From positions 1 through 64,000 of the forward strand of contig PPNB01000028.1 of assembly GCA_003707115.1 (NCBI GenBank): a DNA stretch of 64,000 nucleotides, in the 5' to 3' direction. The stretch is from Tortispora ganteri. Its lineage: Eukaryota. Positions 28,245 to 39,900 of the stretch are shown here, one piece after another (within the stretch, counting starts at the first letter, position 1; the number at the start of each line of letters is the position of its first letter). The notes beneath the pieces were generated by a model. That model worked only from the letters and a program-made list of their open reading frames with translations, was not told where the DNA came from and did not search any database. The position numbers and the translations under genes are program-made.

Positions 28245-30329
28245 ATGTCAGACCGCGCTGCTATAGTGCAATCAATAATTAACGTCATCTATAATCTCGA
28301 GGATGCTGATGGACGTAATGTTTCGGAGATTTTCTACGACCTCCCGCCCACGGAACTTAAGGATTACTATGTACTCATAAAGAACCCGATAGCGTTGAAC
28401 GTGATACGGAGTAAAGCCAAATCACCTGGCTATTCTGTGCCTCAACTGGTCAGCGATATCTCTCAAATGGTGTATAATGCAAAGCTTTACAATATGAAAA
28501 CCAGTATAGTCTACCAGGATGCCGAGGTTATTGATAATGTTCTTAAGAGCGAACTGCAAAAGTTGGTACGTCAAGGTAAAATCACTTCTACCGAAGCGCG
28601 TATTCCTCAGCTTGGGCCTTTGCCTGATTCTGAAGAATCGGATGAAGACTCAAGCGAAGATGAATACAACGACGATGGCGACGATGACGAAGACGACCGT
28701 CAGACCAAGAGACGTCGTACTCGTCCAACTTCCCAGATCGCTCAACGTCCTCCAGCAGTGGGCAGACCACATGAACTCAAAATAAAAGCTGTTCTTAGCG
28801 GAATTAGAGGTGCTCGTGATAATAATGGAAGATTTCTTTCTACCGCCTTTGAGTCTCTTCCGGACCCAAACCAATTACCAGAGTACTATACGGTTATTAG
28901 GGCCCCTATTGCACTCGACACTATCCGATATGCCATTCGACGCCGACAATACCCAAACTTTGAAACGTTTCTTGCAGACATGAGACGCATGTTCGAAAAT
29001 GCCAAAATTTATAACCGAGACGATTCACAAATTTACAAAGATGCTGAAGTTCTCGGCAAACGACTGGAAGAGCTTGCTGCAGATGAATCAAAGAGGATCG
29101 ACTCCACTCCCACGAATAGGCTCATAGAGGGTACTAATGGCAGGCCTACACGCATTGTGATGGACCATGTTGAACATAGAGGAGAAATTTACCGCATCGG
29201 CGACTGGATTCATATAGTTAACCTAAACGACCCTGCTAAGCCGACGGTCGCTCAAATTTTTAGAATTTGGCAGGATGAAGAAGGTCGCAGATGGATAAAT
29301 GCTTGCTGGTATTTTAGGCCTGAACAAACAGTGCACAGATATGATCGTTTGTTTTGGGAGAATGAAGTCTTTAAATCGGCAAGGTACCAGAACCATTTGG
29401 TCGATGAAATAGCAGGAAAATGCGCGGTAATGTTTATCACTAAGTACACTCGAGGACGACCTAAAAATGTGGGTAATAAGCAAGTTTACCTTTGTGAATG
29501 CCGATACAATGAACGTGAGAAAACATTCAGTAAAATTCGCACCTGGAAAGCAGCTTTACCTGAAGAAGCTCGTGCTGAATCAGATAATATCGACTTTTTC
29601 GAGTCTCTTCGTCCAGTCCCAAAATTTGTGAGTCCGTTGAAACATTTGCTACCTTCCAATGCAACAGATGACATGCCTGTGCCAGATTCCAAACAAGGCG
29701 ATGGCAATGCTCCTCCTATAATCGGTGCTGTCTATAAACGTCCTTATGATCCTGTCGCCGACCAAGGTGTATACAACCCGAATCCTGATGAGGCTGCATT
29801 GAACCCGATGGCATCCGCTAGATCAACCCATATATATCGAAATAACGACTCAGCTTCGAAATCTTATGCTTCCCAGTCGTCTGGTATATCCTCAGGACAT
29901 ATGGACGGTGAAGAGGAGTACGGACGTTACAGAAATTACCGAAACTCTGATGCAGGTTTTTCAGAATCAGGAACACCAGGCCGCAACTCTTTTGCATCTG
30001 GATCTGGAATGGCAGGTCAAGGAGGCGAATGGGGCAGTCATGCGTATAATAGCATGAGAGGTGCTAACGCTCAGCACTATATTCCCCCGGTGCCTCCTTC
30101 TACTTTCACTATATCCGAACAAGATTTGAAAGGCATTAACCTATACACAAGATCTTGTATGCTCAAAGATAAGGATTCACAGCCATTATTTTTCTCTTCG
30201 CCGCCTACTGAACTAGGAAATATAAATGTTCGTCGCGGACGAGACTTTGCTTTGAACAGTCCGAAAGATGCATACCCGATGCATTCACTGGCGTATTTAA
30301 AGTTTAAAAGCAGTAAGTTACGGCCTTGA
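28245..30329 (+). CDS. RSC1: RSC chromatin remodeller subunit Rsc1/Rsc2 (two bromodomains plus BAH)
   Basis: Two bromodomains (DYY.LIKNPIAL...NAKLYN; EYY.VI..PIAL...NAKIYN) and a BAH domain (WINACWYFRPEQTVH). Confidence 0.88.
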   Translation: MSDRAAIVQSIINVIYNLEDADGRNVSEIFYDLPPTELKDYYVLIKNPIALNVIRSKAKSPGYSVPQLVSDISQMVYNAKLYNMKTSIVYQDAEVIDNVLKSELQKLVRQGKITSTEARIPQLGPLPDSEESDEDSSEDEYNDDGDDDEDDRQTKRRRTRPTSQIAQRPPAVGRPHELKIKAVLSGIRGARDNNGRFLSTAFESLPDPNQLPEYYTVIRAPIALDTIRYAIRRRQYPNFETFLADMRRMFENAKIYNRDDSQIYKDAEVLGKRLEELAADESKRIDSTPTNRLIEGTNGRPTRIVMDHVEHRGEIYRIGDWIHIVNLNDPAKPTVAQIFRIWQDEEGRRWINACWYFRPEQTVHRYDRLFWENEVFKSARYQNHLVDEIAGKCAVMFITKYTRGRPKNVGNKQVYLCECRYNEREKTFSKIRTWKAALPEEARAESDNIDFFESLRPVPKFVSPLKHLLPSNATDDMPVPDSKQGDGNAPPIIGAVYKRPYDPVADQGVYNPNPDEAALNPMASARSTHIYRNNDSASKSYASQSSGISSGHMDGEEEYGRYRNYRNSDAGFSESGTPGRNSFASGSGMAGQGGEWGSHAYNSMRGANAQHYIPPVPPSTFTISEQDLKGINLYTRSCMLKDKDSQPLFFSSPPTELGNINVRRGRDFALNSPKDAYPMHSLAYLKFKSSKLRP

Positions 30330-30524
30330 GCTTTCTAATTAATGGATCTACGATTCTCTTAAATATGAAAACTAAATTTTATCCACATGATAGCCTATAC
30401 CATATACATATAGCATCAGCTATGTGGACAGACCATCAACTGATACAAAAACACGAAGACCATATAGCTTCATTAGTCGTTTAATAAACTAAAGTTGAAC
30501 GTTCATAGAAATGTGCTAAATACT

Positions 30525-31607
30525 TTAATCTAACACACCCCAGTATTGTTCACAGGCGCACGAACCAGGGCTTTTCCAGAACTCGTTGAAAGCAGAAAGA
30601 ATAATAGATTGACCCTTAACCAGAGAGTTAATAGAAGAAAGAGCAGCTTGCTGGTTAGATACGGATGGGACAGCGGCGCCATTTGCATTACCTTGAGAAG
30701 GCCAGCCTGTTTCGGTGATGATAACGCTCTTTCCAGAGCAGAGGTTGGAGAGTGTCGCAATATGATCTTGAACCCAAGGGCCAGCGTTAGAAGCGCTGCA
30801 GGTAGAATCGAAATAAGGATGGGCGTTAGCAGCAATGTAATCAGAACCAGAGCATAAGATAGGGTTGTTGTAATAGGCAACGAATGTGTCGACAGTCACC
30901 ACAGGACCGTTATATCCATACCCTCTTAAAATCGAGCGGGCTTGGTTAGTGTAGCTAACCATGCTGGAAGCTGATTGTTGACCGTTGTTAACAAGCTCAT
31001 TGCCAATTGAGACAGTGAAGATTTTATCCCACGAAGAGGTCGACTCAACGCCTGCCTTAAGAGTAGCCAAATCAGAAGACAAACTGCCCATGTTGAAGAT
31101 ACCCGCAAATAGTTTTTGATGACCAGCCAATGCGCTTAGAACACTAGGCACTTGGTTGCAGTCAACACCGTAGATACGAATAACGTCGTAGGCAGAGAGT
31201 TGAGCAATTTCAGATGCAATAGTGCTGGCATCCTTGCAACCTCCGGAAGCACTATAAGGAGAGTATACGATAGCAGCGCCAAAGGACAAGCCAGAAGTTC
31301 CACTTCCGGACGAGCTGCTAGGAACGCTGCTAGAGGCGGCAGCTGCGGCAGGATAAGTATCTGCAGCCGGAGCAGCCGGAGCAACAGGAGCAACAGGAGC
31401 AACAGGAGCAAAAGGAGCGTTGATGCCAGCGGTTTCAACAGATGGATCCGAAACTTCGGCAGGAGGTGTATAAAGGTCACCGTTGGCATAGACAGTGTGC
31501 ACTACAGTGACTACATCACGTTTGTGCATGTGGTGTTCATGAGCCAGAGGTTTAGCACTCGCCGTGCTAGAAAGAAGGAGAGACAAAACACAAGGAGTGA
31601 ACTTCAT
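30525..31607 (-). CDS. SCW4: GH17 cell-wall glucanase/transglycosylase (Scw4/Scw10/Mp65)
   Basis: Signal peptide, HHMHKR Kex2 site, YSPY...GGCK, IRIYGVDCNQ, SIGNELVN, ITETGWPSQG. Confidence 0.9.
   Translation of the reverse strand: MKFTPCVLSLLLSSTASAKPLAHEHHMHKRDVVTVVHTVYANGDLYTPPAEVSDPSVETAGINAPFAPVAPVAPVAPAAPAADTYPAAAAASSSVPSSSSGSGTSGLSFGAAIVYSPYSASGGCKDASTIASEIAQLSAYDVIRIYGVDCNQVPSVLSALAGHQKLFAGIFNMGSLSSDLATLKAGVESTSSWDKIFTVSIGNELVNNGQQSASSMVSYTNQARSILRGYGYNGPVVTVDTFVAYYNNPILCSGSDYIAANAHPYFDSTCSASNAGPWVQDHIATLSNLCSGKSVIITETGWPSQGNANGAAVPSVSNQQAALSSINSLVKGQSIILSAFNEFWKSPGSCACEQYWGVLD
31363..31418 (-). repeat. 9-bp tandem coding repeat (APF/APV/APA)
   Basis: About six units of ggagcaaca/ggagcagcc in the SCW4 linker. 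Confidence 0.8.
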
Positions 31608-31614
31608 TGTTGAA

Positions 31615-31961
31615 CTAAAATGTTAGTATTGAAAAGAATACGAGAGAAAATTTTCTTGCAAAGCTGTGCGCCAGCTGACGTGGAAAAGAAGTGAAAAATG
31701 TCGCGATCTATATGCAGGGGGTCCTAAGCAGGTGTGCACGAAGTTGCGAAAGACTCAGCGAAATAAAACGTGTAAAAAATAAACAGTGCGGTAAAGGAGG
31801 GAAATCGACACCAGAACCACGTATTTTATAACAAAACTGGGTATAAATGTGGGTATAGAAGAGAGAATAGATAGCTTTGGTGTGAGTGCAGGGGTATGGT
31901 AAACAAGGGAGGAATCCAGAACGCCGCGATCGATCGATGAATTAGATTATTAAAAACATAC
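31615..31961 (-). other. Probable 5'-UTR intron of SCW4 (~347 nt)
   Basis: TACTAAC (31628-31622), then a TAG acceptor ending 31615, 7 nt before the ATG. The nearest consensus donor is AG|GTATGT at 31961. Confidence 0.65.
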
Positions 31962-33727
31962 CTTTGAACTATGAGGAAGTGTGTTAAGCCTGGTAGCGAG
32001 GTATACTGATAAAACCCACAGGAAAACACCTAAAAGAATGGAAGGTATATGCAAAGTGAATCGTATAAGAGAAACGGAAGAGACGACAATGCGAAATGAT
32101 CTAGGTATGTAAGGGGGTAATATATTAAGGTTATGAAAGCAGAACACATTCTCCAAAGAGAAACCTTAAATGTATGGGAATTAGGTTGTGAATACTTCAT
32201 TTAGGGCCAAAACAACACGTTGGTATAGTAACCACGCGGTCAAAGAAATAGACCAGTCTAAAACGGTATGAAAAATCACTCTCAAAGTATTTTTAGTTAC
32301 ATGCCGAGAGACCCGAGAGCTTTTGTCTAGAACGAGGAGAAGGTATTCTGCAGCGAAGCGGCGAAGAGCAGGCAGGGAAGCCCACGTGAAAATCAAACAG
32401 CCTCATCATACTGAAACTTATAAACAAAATGTCATGGGTCAGCATGATATTGCACTTTGTTATGGGTATAAAAATAGACATCGATAGATCGAGGATAGAG
32501 GTCACATTTAGATCTTGTACAGGAATGTATTCAAACTAGGTGTAGTACAAAAATCGCAAGAAAATAAATAAATCCACTGTAACGAACCAATAAGAGAGAT
32601 TTTTTAGATCACATTTTTCCGAAAAAGGGCACACTAAGGTAAAGATATCAATAGCTCAAATGCGCGAGAATAGCAGAATCAATAGCGAGCGAAAACAGCA
32701 TTAGCAAAAAAGGCGGATGTACTTACGGATATCAGAAAACAACGAAAGATAAGATACGTTTCGCTGGTAATAAAAGGAATGAAATTAGAGAATAGAAGGA
32801 AAAAACGCGAAGCTGCTTTTTCTCTTGAAATCCTCAGTTGGTGAGAAATCGTACTAATATATATCTAAAGGAAAGACGAGAGGTTAATGAAAAAGAAGAA
32901 AAGGTTTGACTTGGCCAATTTCACTTTCGTGTGTTTTGTAAATATAAACTAGCAGCATTCGGACAAACACGCAGTCACTCCTTATTTCTCTCATTGGACA
33001 ACAAATATGTGTAAAGTTTAGCACACCAATCCCGATTGGATGGTTGATGCAACTTGGCGGAACTCTAACGGGAAGCAGAATTATAATTAGATAAAGAGCT
33101 ATATTGTTCAAAGAGACAAATTAGATCTTATTATATTAGTCTGTGTAGGCGCTCCAGGGGAAGGTTGCGGCTGTTTGTCGATAGTGCGGTCTGGATCGAT
33201 ATATAGAAACCGGCGATCACTACAACGTTGCTTGCACTTCCAAAACATATGTATCAGACATCCAGCGTGCTATCACGTCAGCTGCATTAGTAAACAAGAA
33301 GACAGGCTAGCCCTAATGGTAATACTAATGAAGCGCTTTTCGCTCTAATTAATAGTTCCAGACCGGTCTATTTGGCCTTACCGCATCCACAAATGGTAAG
33401 TGTGTTCCATGCTGAGCGCCCAAGCCAATCCACAAAGGCCAGTTAGATCAGTAAATCTTCTCGATTAGCGCCCTTTTCTATTTTTAGCCTTTCCGACGCC
33501 GTTATCAATCTCTATTGAAGAACTAATTTAGATTCGCTAGCCGTAAACTCGCGAGCATTAGTTTTTTGGGTTGCTGTGGTTCCAGACCTTGTGACCCTTG
33601 ACCCTACCAAGTGCGCTGTTTCGGCTTGAGTGGGCGTTTCTACCTACAGCCACCCCCCTGGGAACCTACCACCCAAACTCACGCATACATATACACCAAT
33701 ATCAACTGTGCGCGCCCATAACTAGCA

Positions 33728-34726
33728 ATGTCACAGCCTATCCATCCATCTAGACACGTAGGATTTGATTCCCTTCCTATTCAAATTGAAAAGAAGCTGC
33801 TCAAGCGTGGCTTTCAGTTCAACCTGATGGTCATTGGCCGCTCTGGACTGGGCAAGAGCACGCTCATAAACACGCTTTTTGCTTCCAACCTGATGCGCTC
33901 TAGCGCCAGAACTTCACCCGAACAGCCTTTGCCGCAAACTATGGAGATTGAACCCAAATCTTGTCTTATTGAAGAGAACAACGTCCGTCTAGAACTGACC
34001 TGCATTGATACTCCTGGGTTTGGCGACGTCCTAGACAATGAAAAATGCTGGGATCCAATCATTAAATACATCAAGGACCAACACTCTACCTACTTGCGCA
34101 GCGAGCTGACTGCTAAACGACCCCTTTTCACTCCTGACACCCGTGTACATGCTTGTTTATACTTTATTCAACCAAACGGTAAAGGTTTGCGTTCTCTTGA
34201 TATCCTGGTCCTGCGCAAACTTTGCGAGGTAGTGAACGTCATCCCTGTTATTGGCAAGGCTGATGCACTCACTCCGGACGAAAAACGTGCACTTAAAACG
34301 CGCATAAGGGAAGAACTAAACTTTCACCGTCTTCGCTGCTACCCTTATGATTTAGAAACTCACGATGAAGACGACAGAAAATCTAACGCTTTAATTCGCG
34401 ATATGCTCCCCTTTGCTGTGGTGGGTTCGACGCAGGAGTATACTAGTGACGGAACCACTTTTCTGGGTCGCAAGACTAAATGGGGCACACTCAATATAGA
34501 AGATCCTGAGCATAGCGAGTTTATCTACCTGAGAGACTTCCTTACACGCACGCATCTTCAAGATCTCATTGACACAACTTCTCAGATCCACTATGAAACG
34601 TTCAGATGTCGTCAACTCAATGCTTTGCGTCAGCAGAACGCTGGTTCATCGGGACGCGAATCTTCTATGTCAGGATCTGTTGCTCATTATGATGTACACT
34701 CGTCGACTGTCTCCGTTGGGTACTAG
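33728..34726 (+). CDS. CDC10: Septin, Cdc10 group
   Basis: VGFD....QIEKKLLKRGFQFN, GRSGLGKSTLINTLF, DTPGFGD, no C-terminal coiled coil. Confidence 0.9.
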   Translation: MSQPIHPSRHVGFDSLPIQIEKKLLKRGFQFNLMVIGRSGLGKSTLINTLFASNLMRSSARTSPEQPLPQTMEIEPKSCLIEENNVRLELTCIDTPGFGDVLDNEKCWDPIIKYIKDQHSTYLRSELTAKRPLFTPDTRVHACLYFIQPNGKGLRSLDILVLRKLCEVVNVIPVIGKADALTPDEKRALKTRIREELNFHRLRCYPYDLETHDEDDRKSNALIRDMLPFAVVGSTQEYTSDGTTFLGRKTKWGTLNIEDPEHSEFIYLRDFLTRTHLQDLIDTTSQIHYETFRCRQLNALRQQNAGSSGRESSMSGSVAHYDVHSSTVSVGY

Positions 34727-34823
34727 TTGCATTTGGTTTTACGATTATGGTTAGGTATTGATTGCTCCTTGTGCTTTCTCACCAGAGAGAGCTGGCGCTA
34801 ATATAGTCTATTAGGTTGATATA

Positions 34824-35387
34824 TTAGTCTTCTGCTAGAATAAATTCTTCGAGCTCCTTGTAAGCGTCATCTATTTTGCTATTGACGATGATCTTGTCGT
34901 GTGCGCCCGGTTCTTTAGCATAGGCGAGTTCTTTTTCTGCTTGTTCGAGACGCGCTTTCAGGCTTTCTTCTGACTCTGTTCCGCGGCCACGTAAACGCTC
35001 TTCAAGTGATTCGAGCGATGGCGGTGCGATGAACACAAACCGTGCGTTCAAATCTGTGTTTTTGACGCTTTTGACACCCTGCATGTCGATGTCCAGTATG
35101 CACTGCTTGCCCAACCCTTTGCTCACATGGTTAACTGCATCTATGCTCGTACCATAGTAGTTTCCCGAGAAGAACGCATGCTCTATGAATGCCTTTGCTT
35201 CTATCATTTTCTCGAATTCGTCTCGCGTTACAAAATTGTAGTGTTGCCCATCGATCTCACCCGGTCGTGGACTACGAGTCGTGTGTGACACCGAAAACCC
35301 AAATCGATCTGGATAAGCAGCAAACAATTTCTTGAGAAGTGTCGATTTTCCGGCTCCTGACGGCCCTGAAACTACAATCGGTCTCAT
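34824..35387 (-). CDS. GUK1: Guanylate kinase
   Basis: [37 protein letters not shown] at 35387. Confidence 0.95.
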   Translation of the reverse strand: MRPIVVSGPSGAGKSTLLKKLFAAYPDRFGFSVSHTTRSPRPGEIDGQHYNFVTRDEFEKMIEAKAFIEHAFFSGNYYGTSIDAVNHVSKGLGKQCILDIDMQGVKSVKNTDLNARFVFIAPPSLESLEERLRGRGTESEESLKARLEQAEKELAYAKEPGAHDKIIVNSKIDDAYKELEEFILAED

Positions 35388-35540
35388 TTTTCGTGTGGAA
35401 GTTAAGAAATTCAACAGTAGTGTGAAAGGTTTAGGAGAGTGGGAGTGTGCCAGGACTCTTGAGCCTTATTTGTGTCCATATGGCTACGACACCAAAGCCA
35501 AATAATTGTCATAAATAATATATAATTAGTAAAATCAATT

Positions 35541-36215
35541 TTAAAACTTGACTGGCTTATGCGGTGTCACTTCCGGGAACCCGTAGTTGATGTCCTCCAT
35601 TCTGAGGAAATTGAATGCCTTAGCGCCGTAGTTAATAGCCTTGTCCTTAACGCCAACGATATCGAGCTCGCATTGTTCTAGCACTTCTTCCGGCGGTACA
35701 GTCTTGTGGCCATCTTTGAAAACATAGCTACACATGTGCATGCAGGCAAGTTTGTCTTCCTGATGCTTGGCCCCTGGCAGTACAAATCGCACAGCCACAT
35801 AAAGCGACTCGTGATCCCAGCCGACAATCTTCGTCTGCGTAATGTATTTCCTGAACAGCGGGATCTCACGGCGGTACAAACATGTGGCAGTACGCAGCCC
35901 GGGGTAGTAAGACTTGCCATGTCCACGGAACAAAGGACCTAGCACGTACAACAGGATCGATAATCGCAGTATATCAGCCTCCCGGAAATAGGTTGAATTC
36001 GATTTGTGTCCGAACAGATCACAGTCCAGCAACATTGCTCGACTCGTCCGCTGTTGTACTGCAAACACATCTTTAGATCGCTTCTCGCCAAAAATATTGT
36101 ATAATTTAGTATATCGTAACCCATAATAACAAAACTCGGCGTGCCATCGACCGGGGAGCACGTACGAGTATATTAGGAACAACACACCGGCAATCTTTAA
36201 CAGTATGATCATCAT
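35541..36215 (-). CDS. Hotdog-fold thioesterase-like protein (THEM6/YBR096W-like)
   Basis: N-terminal hydrophobic anchor; DCDLFGHKSNSTYF..AD..R, YRREIP.F..Y, WD...LY, VFK.G.KTVPP. Confidence 0.8.
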   Translation of the reverse strand: MMIILLKIAGVLFLIYSYVLPGRWHAEFCYYGLRYTKLYNIFGEKRSKDVFAVQQRTSRAMLLDCDLFGHKSNSTYFREADILRLSILLYVLGPLFRGHGKSYYPGLRTATCLYRREIPLFRKYITQTKIVGWDHESLYVAVRFVLPGAKHQEDKLACMHMCSYVFKDGHKTVPPEEVLEQCELDIVGVKDKAINYGAKAFNFLRMEDINYGFPEVTPHKPVKF

Positions 36216-36913
36216 ATTTCTTCAACAACAATTTGTCTGAACTACCAAAAAGTCACTAATTTGTTTTATTACCTTTTTATAAACGTTTCGGCTCTAAAAA
36301 ATCTCACTAAATTTCAACACTCTTCTCTCTATTTGTATGCCTCAACCTGGTCCTCTAGAACACACACTTTATCACTATTACTCCTACCAATAAAGTTCAA
36401 ATTGTTAGAAAAGATCTAAGAGACTCTTAGCCATTGTACACAAACTATATAATTTATTCATTTATTTAATCATCAATAAGCTCTAAAACCGACTCATATA
36501 TTAAATCAATCTTAAATTTATTCTTAATTAATTCCTAATCCTATAAATGAGCGTATGAATCTCATTTTAATTGAATTCTTTTATACTTTATTACTATGGT
36601 TTCTCCTTATACCTTATTCTTTCATCTCATACAGGGAACCAATAACCTAGCAACAATCATCCTATTCCAATGACACTAATGTCTTATCAGTACATTAAAT
36701 AAATTATTAATTCTATAATCTAGCTGACCTATTTCATTCTATTGTTCTGTATGGAGCTACAGGTTTCGCACTTAGTAACCGCATAATGAGTACCATAATC
36801 GCTAACTCATGCAGTAAACCATTAGAAAATTTCCATTGAAATAATCAGCATGACAAAAAAAAAAAATAAGAGAAATTAAAATATCCACCTATTAAACATG
36901 CATTCGTATTTAT

Positions 36914-39900
36914 TTATGTATCAACAATCGGCACATTGATAACAGACGGCCATGCGCTAGCCGATTGTCCAAATAGACTCTCAGACAACCCGGCTGTAGT
37001 CTTCAAAAGATCAATATCAAACGCAAGTACCGCTAACCATGACACAACTAGCACCAATAGCGGAAGCCAAAATAGAAGTAACATGCGATCGTTCAAAACG
37101 CTTTGTTTCGCATCATTCATAACCTTGTTCAAAACCTCCGCTTCAGAGTCCTCCTCAATATCACCTTTCAAATCTCCAGATCTTTGGTTCTCGGTTCCTG
37201 TCGGATAAATATCACTGTACGACGGAGGTAATCCACCATTAGCATCTGCATTGTTGGTCTTCGGATACTGACCTTTAGAGAATAACGTATGGAAAGTAGT
37301 CATCAATCCTTCGTACATTGCATTGTCCTTGTACGCTTGTAGAGCGTATTTCTGCCACTTAGAAGCCATACCTGGTGACAGTTTTTTAGGCATCTTCTTG
37401 AAAGCAGAATCACCAAAACTCTGCATAAAATGACTAAACTCTTTGATTCTTCTAGTTGCAGACTTGTATTCCATATCCGATTCATCGCCGTCAGAACTAC
37501 TCGAGTCCTCTGTTTCGCCACTAGTAGAACTACTCTCTTTCACTTTGATCGATGAGTTCCTTGAAAGTGATGATCTCTTGGCCCTGTTATGTCTTTGGTA
37601 CTGCATCCCTCTAAATGATAGAGATATCGGCGATGTCATACTGTCGTCTTCTGAAGAAGAAGACGTCTCGTCATAATCATCATCACTATTATCAACATAG
37701 CTAGGCCCAACATGCCGCCAAGCTTCATCAACAATCCTGGTGCTGGCTGACGGCAGACTACCATAAGAGCGGCTAGTCACATTCATTAGCGATCTGCAGG
37801 AGTGTGATCGGCTACTTGAGTGCATCACATCGATAGCAGCATCAACCAAATCTTTTACAGAGTCAGCAGCCATGTCTTTGACTGATCGATTGTTAAAGCT
37901 TCGTACATTCACATCCGCACCGCGGAATATTAACGCTTGCACAATATCCCTGTGTCCGCGTAATGCCGCAAAGTGTAAAGGAGTAAATCCACCACGGTCC
38001 TGAAGATCCAACTTAGCATTTCTGCCAATCAAGGCAGTTGCTAATCTGATTAATCCTGACCATGATGCAAGGTGCAACAAAGATTGACCTTCGACATTAG
38101 TAAGATTCCATTCTTCAGGGTACTCTGATGTGTCCTGGTCGATTAACACTATACATTTGAGCAAATACGTTTCCAACTCCTGTCTTGACATAGGCTCGCT
38201 ATTGTTTGGATATCTGGATCGGCCATCCTGATTAGCACCATTCATAGGATATGAAGTCCCATCAGGGGCAGCAACTATTCGCATCGCAATATTTCTAGCA
38301 TCTTCAATGCGTCCTGACATCTTGTAGCCCACAACTCTTAACGCAACTTCCATAAGTTGCTTGTCAGTGTCATCAACATAGGTAAACACTTGGGGTTGAT
38401 CATTAGGAAATCCATGAAATGTAACCATAACAGGTCCTTGCGAAGCTGCAGGCGGCAATTGAGCAATCATTGTAGATTCTGACCAGCATATAGTAGAAGG
38501 TGCCGGTACATCCCCAAAAAGGACAACAAGCCCAGGCCTGAAACCTTTTCCTAACAGAGTCACTTCAATTCCACCACGAACAGATCCTGATGAAGGTACC
38601 AGCTTCTCTGCCGATGGCAGAATATATGAATCTCCACCCAAAGAATCCTCTGAGAGAAAAAGTTCGTTTTCCATTCTGGATGGCTCAATCGAAGATTCTG
38701 GACTCGTTATTAATGGTTCGCGTAATGCGCGAGCATCTTCCGTTTTGTTTTCAATGATACCTTCTAAATCTTCGACTAAGAATTCCTTCATTACCTCGTC
38801 AACGTCTTGATCTGTCTCTTTATTTATAAAAGACAAAGAATCTGGAGAAGTTATGGATTTTGTAAGCGGCAATGTACCTGCTGAGTTGTGCCTGCTGCCG
38901 TCCATTCGATTAGCGAATATTTGAGAATTCAAGCGTGTCATAGACACTGACGAGAGAGTTCTAGAAGTAGTGGGGAAAGCCCCCGGTGAGGTAATGATAG
39001 ACTGATGATTCGGACTGGAGTAAGTGCTGTATTGGCCAGGGGAGCTGGCAGCAGAAAGAGTCCCGCTCGATTTACGGCCAAGGTTAGTAGGTTGTGTAAT
39101 GTGATACTGTGGCACTGTGTAATTGTCATTAGAGCCATCTTCAGGGTCGGGGGATGCTGAAGAAGAACCATATTCCGGCTTGGGGTATGAACTCGCGTTT
39201 GAGAGGTTTTCTGATTGTAGAAGCTTGGAGGAGTCTGCAGATGCTTGAATGGAGGATGGTGTAGGGTTTGTAGCTTTGTGATCATCAGTGATCATAACTG
39301 GAGTAGACTGAATCATGGCAGAGTTTGTGCGATTGAAGTTAGATACGGAAAGTATTATTCTGAATCCAACCTTTTCGCTGTGGTGTCTGCAGTAACAAGC
39401 TATACGTATGGGAAGAAACACGGCCATACAAGGAGACAAAACGCCTGTATCAGGATCGATGCCCTCCGATTCAGTTAGTTCAATAATTTCCGGGCAGTTG
39501 AAAAGAACAGCACGTCTAATTCTGCCTTCTTCCCACAAAGATTCTTCGGCCTTATCACAGGATTTTTTGCGCAAAGCACGTTTTCTTTCGCGCCGTACAC
39601 ATGTGCTGCACATAATTACGGGTTTTGGTGCGCCAGAGGAGCATACGACATTTGCGTCGAGTTCAAGAACGCCAGGTTTCGGTTCATAGAGAGAGTCAAG
39701 GCGATACCTTGAGCGAAATATTATGTCCGAGGGCAGATGAATTTTCTTTTCGTCTGGTTTCGGAAAGATAGCGAGACGAACCTTCATTTGGGTCTCTACG
39801 CGAGACTTTGCTGGTATGCTAGTAAGAGCCAGTCTGAAATTGGGGCGATCAGTATCTGACGGGGGAGAATCGATCAGAGGCATGTCGTGCCGTCTGCTTT

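Noticed and set aside
33393..33540. ATG|GTAAGT ... AACTAAT-TTAG upstream of CDC10 as a coding first exon
   Set aside because: Splicing yields only M-I-R-stop and no in-frame join to CDC10, whose N-terminus already looks complete. A UTR intron cannot be excluded but is unsupported.
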